DNA of 64,000 nt from Lytechinus pictus. Lineage: Eukaryota. Numbering within the stretch: position 1 is the first letter of the stretch; each line of letters opens with the position of its first letter. Below the pieces are notes generated by a model. It made no database searches, was not told where the DNA came from, and was given only the letters and a program-made list of their open reading frames with translations. The stretch is from NCBI RefSeq assembly GCF_037042905.1, contig NC_087246.1, forward strand, positions 9,798,001-9,862,000. The letters run 5' to 3'. This document shows, in pieces, positions 39,061 through 51,000 of the stretch. The translations under genes and the position numbers were made by a program.

Positions 39061-42000
39061 AGCCCCTATCGAATCGAAGGAGACAAGAAGGGAAATCACC
39101 TCGCAAATTTGCATTTCTTTGTCGATCTTGGTTTGATATCGGGGGATTTCATCTGTTTCTTTGTAATTGTCAATGTGAATATATATATTTATTGATATAC
39201 TTTTATCTACATATCTCACCCGTCTACGCCATTTCAACCGTGATTTTTTTGTTGAGACCTGGAGATCACTGCCTCCTAGTCCCATGCGTGTGTTTATATA
39301 ACTGGACATAATCTGCCGATCGTCGTCGTTTCGTTTTTATGCCTCACGGGCGCCACTAAAACCACTGCGGTAAGAACTAAAATCTTGTATTTCTGAACTT
39401 CATTCGATATATTAACAATTCCGTTCCATTACTTATATCAATACTAAAAAGCGGATTTTTCCTACTATCATAACTGATATATTAGCAGTCATTCTTGATA
39501 CATCATTTGCATACGATCGATGCCGATGTTCGCCATGGCAGTTCGACGGACCTCGACGGTCTTTCTTATGCTAATGACATTGTCCATCTCTTGTCACCAA
39601 ACTACAGCCTTCCCTAAATTCAACATTACTTCTTTGAATACATATGAATGGAGTGATTATGACAGAGAATTAAGGGAACTTTTGTCTCCACTGCACCATG
39701 AACTCGCTTCCGACCGAGAATCGACCGCCAGAGCCGGCGATCAGATGACGACTATCATTCAAGAATTTCTTTCCTCGCATGAAGAGTTTGTTTCAAAGGA
39801 AAAGGAGAAACAATATATTGCCCGGGCCCCGAAAACCCTCAATGAAGCGAAGAAGCTTAAAAATCGTCTGAGAAAAAAAGCTTCAAAAGAAGATCGGCAA
39901 GCATTTCGGGAAGCCGTAAAAGCTGTCAGTTTCCTGAGCAAACAGCGTAAGGCAAATCAAAGGCATAAAACTATCACCAGAAGGGAAAAACTGTATCAGC
40001 AAAACTTTTGGGAATTTTCAAAACGCTGCTGTTCGGGTACTCTTGATGGTGATGAAAGCCAAAGTCGCACTCCTTCGTTCGAAAAAGATTATGCCGATCG
40101 GTATTACACTTCCAAATATTCGATTGCCCAGCCGTTTGATCGTACTTCACTCTCTTGGTTCCCGTATATTCATGTCCCCCAAAACAAGTCATTCGATCTT
40201 TCATCTATTAAACCTAAAGATGTAAAATGTATCCTATCTCGCAAGAATTCCACTTCGGCTCCCGGCCCAGACGGCATTATGTATGGGATTCTGTGCAAAT
40301 TACCATCGACCCACTATTTCATGGCCACTCTTTTTAACAAAATTCTAACTTCTGGAGAGCCACCTGAATCCTGGTCTAAAAGCCGAATTTCTTTGATATA
40401 TAAGAGCGGTCCAACCGATGACCCCGGAAACTTTCGCATGATCGCTTTGACATCATGTATTGGTAAGATCTATAACCAAATCATCGCGGAGAGACTTGCC
40501 AAATTCTTATGTTCAACCGGTACAATTGATGACTCGACCCAAAAAGCTTTTCTAAAAGGAATAAGCGGTTGCGTAGAACACTGCCAGACCATGAATGAAC
40601 TCATTGCAGATGCCCGTCATAAAAAAAAACCTTGCACGTAACATTTCTACACTAGAATTTAAAGGGTTAAGTGTTCCTCATTATCTATTTGCCAAGGTTC
40701 AACTAAAGATGTTTAATTTTGTATAGATAATCGCCAAATTAGTGTACTGAAAGACAAACCTGAAAAGTTCTTAGGATCATACATTACCTTCTATGGAAAA
40801 ACACAGGATACGTTTGAACTGATTAAGAAAAAATTACAGAATAATCTTAATAACATAGATAACAGTCTTGTTAGAAATGAATACAAAATACGTGTGTTCA
40901 CTCAGTATGCCTTACCTTCTCTCAGATATTTGTTAACTGTACACAACTTGACTGATACACAACTCACCTCGCTTGATTCTATCCAGACTAGAATGCTGAA
41001 GAAATGGCTGAAAATTCCCAGTCACGGTGCAACGCCTTCCATTTTGTACGCACCAAAGGGATTGAATATAAAAACAATATCAGAGTTGTATCTTGAGTGT
41101 CATACATTGTCTTTTGCCTCTACCTTGACCAAATGTGATCCAAAGGTAAGGCATGCAGTTGAGTCGAAAATAGAAAGGGAAAGTCAATGGTCTAGTAAAA
41201 ACAAGAAATTTGGAGTTAAAGTATCAATGAAAATGATGGAAACAGCAAGGGATACGAATAATGATGATTCACAACAATGGAAATCAATGAAAAGGGCAAT
41301 TAAAAATGTAATCGTGAAAGAGAAAAACGATAACTGGTCAGAGCGTATACAGAAGCTCGCAAAACAGGGTATCTTATTACATTTTTTAGAAGTAGAAAAA
41401 AGCGATCTTATACGTGGAAATCAATTATGTATGGTTTACCCAGAGGTGTCCTAAGTTTTGCCTCGAGAGCTGCAATCGATAGCCTTCCAACTCCCCAAAA
41501 TCTCAAGTTATGGGGTAAAAAGATGAATGAAAAATGTTGTCTATGCAATTGTACCGGCTCTTTGGTCCATATTTTAAATATGTGCACTGTTGCCCTTACT
41601 CAAGGCAGATTTACATACCGACACAATAGCGTGTTAGGTTACCTTGCAAAGGAATTGAAAAGTTGTGCATAAAGCAATGGCATAAGACTTGATTTGTATG
41701 CTGACCTCCCAGGGATGAGAATTAATGGTGGTACAATCCCTTCTAATGTCATAGTCACCACAGAGAAACCAGATATAACTCTCCTTTTCCCAGAATCTAC
41801 CCCTCCAAAGATTGTACTCATTGAGTTGACAGTTCCTTTTGAACCTAATATTCGTAAGGCGAGAGAACGTAAGGAGGTGAGGTACGTTCAGCTGAATAGG
41901 GACATCATATCTAAGAATTATGAGTCGCATCTGATATGTTTTGAAGTCGGAAGTAGAGGGGTGGTTACCAGAGACAATAAACAGCAAATTAAGACAATTC

Positions 42001-45000
42001 TACACCACGTCGGTTCAAGGAAATACAAAGATGTTATCCTTACAATGAGTAAACTAGCACTAATTGGTTCATACGTGATCTACAATGCAAAGAGTGAACC
42101 ACAGTGGACCGACATGACACTTCTTCACTGACTCTCATTTTGAATTTCCCCAATATGATTGTTGTACATCTAAAGATAATTATTTGCTAATTTTTCCGTC
42201 AATATCATGCTGTTCAGATTATTATGGCGTAAGGGCTGATTCCTTTCCCCTTATACTTCACCCCCTCTCTACCTCTTTATCTATATTCCCTTCTCCCCTT
42301 TTCCTATTTCTTCTCTTCTTCCCAACCTATTCCACACCATTTCTTTTCCATCAGCCCTTGCTTCCTCATTTTTCCCCATTCCAACCATTCTTGTTTCATT
42401 TATGTATGCCATATTGTAATATATCATATAATTTAATATATCACACCTGTTACATATACAAAATATAAACTCAAGATTTAGGCCTACCTATGTGAATTTA
42501 CACTTTATCTGTTCATATATTCATGATTGCATAATTTATATATTTTTGTAATTCCATATGTTAGTACGATGACCTCATTTTAAAATAAGAACAACCTAAG
42601 TTAAACCACGGGATAGCACATCCCCTCCTTCCACCTTCTCACCACTTTAAGTATAAATTTTGCTATGAATTGAATTGACGCGTTTGATATGTAAATAATT
42701 ATTATATTTTGTTTTATGTTTGTTTATGTATATCTTTACTGTATTCAATTTATGTTGCCCTGTATTACGTTCGTTTAGAACTGGTAACCTGGGTCCATTA
42801 TTGTAATTGATTCCCTTTTTTATGGATAAAAGGTGATTTATATAAAAAAAAAATACACACACATACATACATACAGTGGCGTACATCGGTCGCGGCATGG
42901 GGGGGGGGGGTACCAACAACAAATTTTAGTCACTAAATGGGCGTGCGAAGCGCACTCAATAGGCAGGTATAATGACCAAATGAAAATAAAATTAAGGATT
43001 GTACCATAAAACGAATAAGTATCTCACTGGTCAAATAACGCGATATGAGCTTTAATCTAAAATTTTGATCTAGATTTCAAATAGAGCCAAGAAACGATTT
43101 TGGAAAATGGAATCGCCCATATAATTAAAGTGGGCTATATACTGGATGCCCTATTGCATCCCTGAACTAAGTCGGTTGTTATACACCCCACTTCATTTTA
43201 TAAGATTATAATGTACCACGGACCTGGTTTTCTCGAGTTTTGTTTGATCCTACCCACACCGTCCCCAACGTCATAGACTTGCATTTATACTGTTATATAT
43301 AAGAATTCATTCATTTATTTAGTTATATCTCTTTAAGGATATTCATAGCATAGAATGATTAAGAAGCTGAATAATTTTTGTTATTTCTGGAATGTCCAAA
43401 GATAGACAATAGACTCCTAGTGGTGGTGGAAATGGACAATAGGATTAGCTATGTTGTTTACATTGTTAATTTCACTGAGGTCATTCAAGAATGTCCTAAA
43501 ATTAGACTGCTCTAGAAATTGGCAGAATGTTCTTTTTGTAGACAATACTAGAAGCTTCCAGAATAGTGAATAATTTATATATAATCTGGCAGTTTCTTCA
43601 AGGAGATCATCACAAGTCATCATATCAGATCAGAACTCAGAGTTTCACGCCAGACTTTATGTCAGAGCATAGTTTACTTCCAACTGGAATACATTTATCT
43701 TCTGTGGAATTATTTGCATGCCATCAATGAACTATTTGCAGTTACTTTGAGAGAGAGTTATTCTCAGTTCTCATCGAGATCATCAAACTGTTTTAATGAA
43801 CGCTTTTCAACCAATCGATTGTTGAAACTGACTGTTAATCATCATGAACATCGTCTTTACAGACATTTCAACTCGTTACAGTGACTCTTTTTTTTTTGCC
43901 TCTATTAGAGGATTTATTCACATCCAAATCAGGGGTTATACAGTAAATCACATTCAAATCAAAAGGTTACACAATTAATCATAAATTATGAAACATATAA
44001 GTATTATTAGAGTAATTACAAAATCATATTTAAGTTACATAAATTGTTCCTACACAAATCGCAGCAAGCCCTTGGGCAGTTCATCTTTTTCTTTGGTCTT
44101 TTTACTAGCAATGTTGTACATTTCTATCCGTTTATTTGATTTATTTTATAAATACATGTTTCAAAACAAAACTTCTTTTTCAGTTCCTGCTTTGTTCCTA
44201 TCCAAAATAACTTTTATATTGACCAAAATGCAATAGTTACAAAGAGATTTGTTTTACTATCACTTTCAACTTTAAGCAATTGTTTGATGTTTACTTCTAC
44301 TTTTACATTATAAACTTCTCCCAAAATGATTTTGATATATTTAAAAAAGGATTTGTTTAGTTCAGTCAGTAAAAGCATGTATAATATCTTCTTTAACCTT
44401 GCATGTTGAACTAAAATCGTCTGTTGCAAAATTCCATTTAAACAGGTTACTTCTTACTGGTAAGAGATTATATAATAACTTAAGATTGAACTCTCGTAAT
44501 TTATTTTCTCTAACTTGAATAAGATTATTTTAAATACATTTGCCCAATTTACATCAATATCAAGTTTGTTCTCCCAATGTAAACAGCATTTATTGGTGAA
44601 AGTATTTTTGAGGGGAACAGTGTATAACTACTCAGATCACTGATGCATTTCAAACTTTTTCCAATCATTACCTGGGGAACAATAAAACCATGAGGTCTGA
44701 TAGTGATCATGGTGATGCCACTATTATCGCTCAAACTTTTTACCCATATTGCTGGTATTGCCTTTCTTAGTTTTGTGTAGTCGAAAATAACAGTATTCTT
44801 ACTTCTTTTTATATCAATCTTTCTCTGAATGTTTTCCATTGGTATGTAACCATTTCTCCCAATAAAATATGTTAAGTAAACTACACCACTTCTATACCAG
44901 TCTTTATAAAATAAAGACTGGTTATCAAATATTATATGTTCATTATGCCAAAGTATTTGATTTCGAATATCATTACAGTTAGGGTTAAACATACAAACAT

Positions 45001-48000
45001 CTTTCAATGTGGTAATAGTTCTAAAAGTTTCCCAAGCCTCCAATATTTCTTTGTAAAAGTTGGTATTTTCCTTACGTTTATAATTTTCAGTGTTTTAGTA
45101 CTGAAATTACAATTTAAAAGGAACGAGATACCTCCTAGGAGGTCAAACCAATATGAACACATTTTTTCCATGTTTCTGTTTTGTCATTCAAAAACCTTCC
45201 TAACCATTTTAACCGAAAGCTTAGCATTTGATGGTGTACATCAGTCATGTTTATTGCACCATTAATATAATTTTGTGTTAAAGTACATCTTTTAATTTTT
45301 TCTACTTTTCTGTTCCAAATGAATCTAAACACTATATTATCCAAACTTTTCATGAATTTCGTTGGAATGAAATCAACAATGCTCAAATGTATTATTTGAC
45401 TAAGTGCTAAACATTTAAGAACAGTTACCCGACCAAAAATAGTTAAGTTTCGTTTTGACCAGCTGTCAAGAGTCTTTTTCAATATAGTGAATTTTTCTTC
45501 CCACTCTAAGTTTAGCGATTTGTCATTATCAGAATAAATATAATGACCTAAGTATTTTACAGAATTAACAGTCCAAGATAAATTGTATTTTTTAATATCA
45601 TATTTCTTATTTGTATCTCCTAACCATATCAATGCTGTTTTATTTATTAATCTGGTCCTGCTATTCTACCAAAGGTTTTTTATTCATTTAATATTTCTCT
45701 TAACGATTTTTCATCTTGAACAAAAAATAGAGTATCGTCAGCATATTGTAAGAGTTTAAGTTGAACGTCATGTTCTGTAATTTCAATAGGTTTAACCTTT
45801 TTGTTTTCTCTTATACTAATTGCTAAAAATTCGGCAGCGATGATAAACAAAAAAGCTGATTATGGACATCTCTGTCTTATACCTCTTCCAATATCAAAAC
45901 TTGTTGAAATCCAACCGTTTACCAAAACAGAGCATGAAATGTCTTTATAAAGAACTGAAATCCATTCACCAAAATTGAATTTCTCCAAACACACGTTTAA
46001 AAATTCTAAATTCAAAACCTCGAAAGCTTTCGTGAAGTCTGCAAACATAATAGCACCTGTTTTACAATGCTTATTGAAAAAAACGATAACATATTTTGTT
46101 AACCTTACATTACACGCTGATAGACGTCCCATTATATACCCAGTTTGATTTTCATGAATAATTCCGTCAACAACCTTATGGACTCTGGCAGCTAGGACGG
46201 CTGCTATTATTTTGTAATCACAGTTCAGCAATGTAATTGGTCTCTAATTTTTTAAGTTCTTTACAGTCACCTTTTTTGAATAATAAAGTGATAAGCCTTT
46301 TCGCTGAGTATCTGACATAATTCCTGACATTTAACATTCATTCAGACTTAACAAAGGCCAAAACATTTGATAAAATTCAATCGAAAGTCCGTCTGATCCG
46401 GGTGCCTTATTTTTTGCATTGCAAATATAGCACGTTTACATGGTAACAATCCTTCACACATCTGTTTACTTTCATTTGTTAATTGATGCACAGTTTTAGA
46501 TGATACGTAATTTTTCATACAATTAATGTCAATTTCTTCACACGTTTCTTTTCTATATAATTCTGAATAAAAATTTACAACCTCTTCTAAAATATCTTCA
46601 TGTTTATTTATAACTACCTGATCCTTTTCACGTTTCATTTGTGAAATTTCTTTTTTCTTAGCATTATTACTTTCTAACCCGAGAAAGTATTTGTTACTTC
46701 TTTCTCCTTCTTTCATCCATCTTACTCGAGCCCTAATACCAGCTCCTTTACAATCATGTTTATACATTATACAAAAAAATAAGTCAAATCTTTCAGAGGG
46801 CCAAGAACCAAAAAGTGGATGTTTTATTTTTACAAGAAACATATTGGTCATCAGACATTGAAAATATTATAAGAAGCGAATGGCGTGGGCCATGCTTTTT
46901 CGATCATGGAAGCAATCACTCTCGAGGTGTTTCTATTTTCTTTAATGACAGACTAAATGTACAAAATATTGTTATTAAAACTCGAATGAATGGGCAATTA
47001 TTTATATTGCACGCAAAAGTAAATGATATTGATGTAATGTTAGTAAATGTATATGTTCCAACTCAAAGACAGCAGAGAGAAGTTTTTTTTTGGTAAATTA
47101 GATTGTCAATTGAATATAAAGTATGCACCACTTAAAGATTATGAATTAATTCTAGGAGATCTTTGACTGGAATTGTGTATTAGACATGAGTAAAGATGTA
47201 CAAGGTATGAAAACTCAATATTATTATTATAAGAGATTAATACCAAACAGTTTACTTGGAGAAACAGACATCTAAAAAGAGCTTCAAGGTTAGATTTTTG
47301 GCTCGTAACAAAAAATATTAAAAAAAAAACTTTATATTCTAATATTCGTCCTGCAATACGAGAGGATCATAACGCAATTTCAATTAAAATATGTACCGCT
47401 AAAAATAAGAAAGGTCCAGGAAACTGGAAAATTAACACTGATATCTTAAAAGTTCATGAATATCAAAACAAAATAATTGATATTTTTCAATCGTTCTCTC
47501 AAAAAAGTTTACCACCAGCTGTAAAATGGGAATTTTTTTAAATTAAAGTAAAGGAATTCACACAAAAATATTGTCGAGAAAAATCAATACAGAGAAAAAA
47601 TATAAAATTATCATTAGAAAATGACCTGTGTGAGTTAAGTAAACAAATGGATGTTAATGTTGATGATGAAACTGTGCATAAAAACTATATTGATGTAAAA
47701 GATAAATTACAGTGACTCTTGTTATTCATCATGCTTCAACATCAATTTCATCACCGCCATCATTGTGAACTTTAAATTAAGGAATCTTCGCCAACCAACT
47801 TGGATTTTACTGGATTCAATACAGGACAATCATAACTTTGGATTAAAATCAGAACTGACACTTCAAGAGATGTATGATCAATATTATTTTTGTTTTGTTT
47901 GTGAATGATCTTTTTCCTGTAATAAAAGAAAAGGAAATCAAATTTAAAACTAAATTTTCATTGTTATTTGTTGCAGTATCGTAACAATACCAATTGGCAA

Positions 48001-51000
48001 TTTTCTTTTTGATGTATATAATACTGATCATGGAATTATCTCCCTCTTATTGTTCCCAGGCATGGATTCGAAATTGTGTGTATGGAATATTGATGATGGA
48101 AATATCGTTTTGGATACAAAAACTCCAGATGATGTACAGGATGTATGCTGGAGCCCTGATGGAAAAAAATTTGCTACCGCCAGCAAAGACAAGAAGATCC
48201 GCATCTACAATGGAAGGACTGGCCAGTTAGAACAGGTACATCTAAAACAGATTATGAAAATGTGAAAACATGGGTAGTGACGTTCTGATCAAAGAATAGG
48301 AGTGCCGAGTCGTTCGAAATAGGCCACGCCATGTTAGTGAATGATTCAGAACAATTTCGATAGAAGGTACGTTTCTTACAAAAAAAAAACTTGTAGGGCT
48401 GTATCGGAATTTTAAAGATGAAAACAATATTTAAAGACGATTTATTTTCTGCCCTTTGACATGACAAACATAACTACACTGTAAAAAATATTGGGTAAAG
48501 TTTTTGCCACCACGAGGGTAATTATGTGTCCACCAAATTTGGGGCAGTATTTTACCCAATGCGCGAAGCATATTGTCAAGTATAAGGGTAACAAAATAAG
48601 CAGCAATTGCTTTAGAATGGGCAAAATTTTCATCACACTGGATAAATAAAAATGCCCAATGTTAGTTGGACACATAGTCACCCTCATGGAGCACTTTACC
48701 TGATATTTTTTAGAGGGTAGTTTCTGTTTAAAGTTATGTTTGTTTTTCATTAATTTCACAAGATGAACAAGGGCGCCGGAAGCGGGGGCAGGGGGGATCT
48801 TTCCCATCCCAAATAAAATTTTGGGGAGGGGCAAAATGAGATTTTGTGCCCCCCTAAAAGTAGAAAAATTGAAAATTATTTAAGGACAAGAGTAAACGAT
48901 GAAGGCACTTTTCTGCCTAAAAATTAATTGTCATTTCCATTTTCAAAAATGAAAAAATTTCGCCCCTGACGGGGCAATTACATATCATAGGAAGCCTCGC
49001 GTCTTTTGACGAACATGTCCCTCTGTGAAACATACCTTTGATAAGCCGCTGTTCCATCTTATTACAGTGTGATAACGTTTAACCTTTTAATGAATACATT
49101 TCAGACTAAAACCGAATGACAAATTGAAAGTGGTTCACCAATGCATATTTTGTATTTTTTCTATAAGTGGCCTTTTAATTTTCTTTCATTTTTTCGTTTT
49201 ATATATCATCTGGATCGTTTGGATCTTGGAGGACGTTGAGGGGAAGCAAGTGGTTTTGACAAACGATGTGTGCATTACACATTTTAGAAGAGCGATTGTT
49301 TTTTAGTATGACAGTGAGTCCAAACTTCGCGGACGGTCATTATCTAAAAAACTAGCCAATATCCTTAAAATCTGACGTAATCAACGTGAAAAGCGACCTA
49401 AAATCACCCTTTGGTGTAAGTTTCTTTAGGATATGAGTTCATTATTCATGAAAATATTGGCAAAAGATCGGCAAATTTGTCACCGTGAGCGCCCGTTTTG
49501 AAGAAATTTGATATTCTCAACAAGCCTCACGATATCACCATTTTGCAAGCAGAAATCATCAAAAATGTTAGTTAAATGTGGTACTAACCGATTCTATAGC
49601 ATTTTGCCATCAATCTGATATAAATATTTCACTTTTTGAGCTTGAGTTTTTGTTTAAATGTCCACAAAAACTTTGGTCCGCGAAGTTAGGTCACACTTTT
49701 TCTGAACGGTTTTTCAGCACAGCGCGCATTCGCCGATCGGAATAGAATTTTGAGATCGCGATACCGGCGAATCCCCTTGACCTACTTTACATTTTCGTCC
49801 TTGATTTTATAGTTTACGATCTTGCCGTCAATGTGGTTACTATTTCTTGAATTGGTTTTGTATGAATTATGAATATTTTGTGAAAAAATTTAAGCCTGAT
49901 GAATATTTTTGAAAAGTGCGCGAAGTTTGGACACCCCATCATACAGAGTAGAGTGAGCTCACCCATATAGATTGTTATGTTTTGATAATTACGAAATGAA
50001 AACAAGATATCAGTATGATACAATAATTTTATAGCCTTTATTATAATCATTTATGTCCATGTTGCAAGCCTGGACAAATACTATTGTAGCGTATAGCTTA
50101 ATATTAGCCGTAGTCGTATTTTCATTATTTTGCCCTTCCTGGTATGTAGTCGAGTACAAATAGCTGTGTTACACTTCTACAAATTCTTGAGAAACACACT
50201 GGAATATAATTAGATGATGTTTGAGGGCGTGCATGGTGGTGTGTAGCGGATGTGGTTTACGGTATACACCAAGTGGAGTCTAAATGGATAGAGGAAGAAG
50301 TAAAATTGATAGGCGAGAAAGTGGAAGATTGAGAGTAGGTCCTAGAGTAATATTTCTTGAAAATGTGTGTAGTTCTGAAAATGACTGTAAAACAGAAAAG
50401 GTCAAAGAGTTAAACAGGCTTGAGTAGTTGGATTATTGGATAAATGAGAAGATGCTAGCTTGAGTCAGCGAATGGAGTGCAGAGCAGGAGGACTCATCTA
50501 TCAACTACTCAAGCCTCTTCAACTCTTCAACCTTTTCTGGTTTACTGTCTTTTTCACGACTACGCTCATTTAAACAAAAAATTACTCGACTATCAATTGT
50601 CCACTTCCTTCCCTATCAATTTCACTTCTTCCTCGATCCACTTTTTCGAAAACTCCACATGGTGTACCGTCAACCACATCCGATATTGGAATGTAATTGT
50701 TTTGTTCTAAATAATATTACATAATGTACATTACGAACTGCGGTAGTTTTTTAATCAGTTCATGATTATTTACAAGTGAATATTTCCAGGAATTTGATAT
50801 TCATCATTTCCTAGTTATGGATTTTCCCCAGAAAATATGTAAAGAAAAAAGAAGATTTTGAAGGAGTCATCCAAAAGTGATTCCCAGCCATACAAAACAA
50901 GCAAAAGGAAACACATAAATCGAGTAATGTTTTAAACTTTAATGATTTTCAGAAAAGTTTTAAATTGTTAGACAATTAAGCTTGTCATATTTCTTTTTCC

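Noticed and set aside
38791..39309. 172-aa ORF with YIYIYI run
   Set aside because: Artefact of the (TA)n microsatellite.
39059..39519. HDV-like self-cleaving ribozyme in the retrotransposon 5' UTR
   Set aside because: Known for R2 elements, but I could not assemble the nested double pseudoknot by eye. It needs an Infernal/RNAMotif search.
39520..42131. Active or domesticated reverse transcriptase gene
   Set aside because: Frameshifts near 40630 and 41410, a stop at 41670, and loss of the YADD-containing core.
43330..47900. Solo LTR or DIRS-like host sequence around the L1 insertion
   Set aside because: Composition is suggestive, but no termini, TSD or coding motif could be defined.
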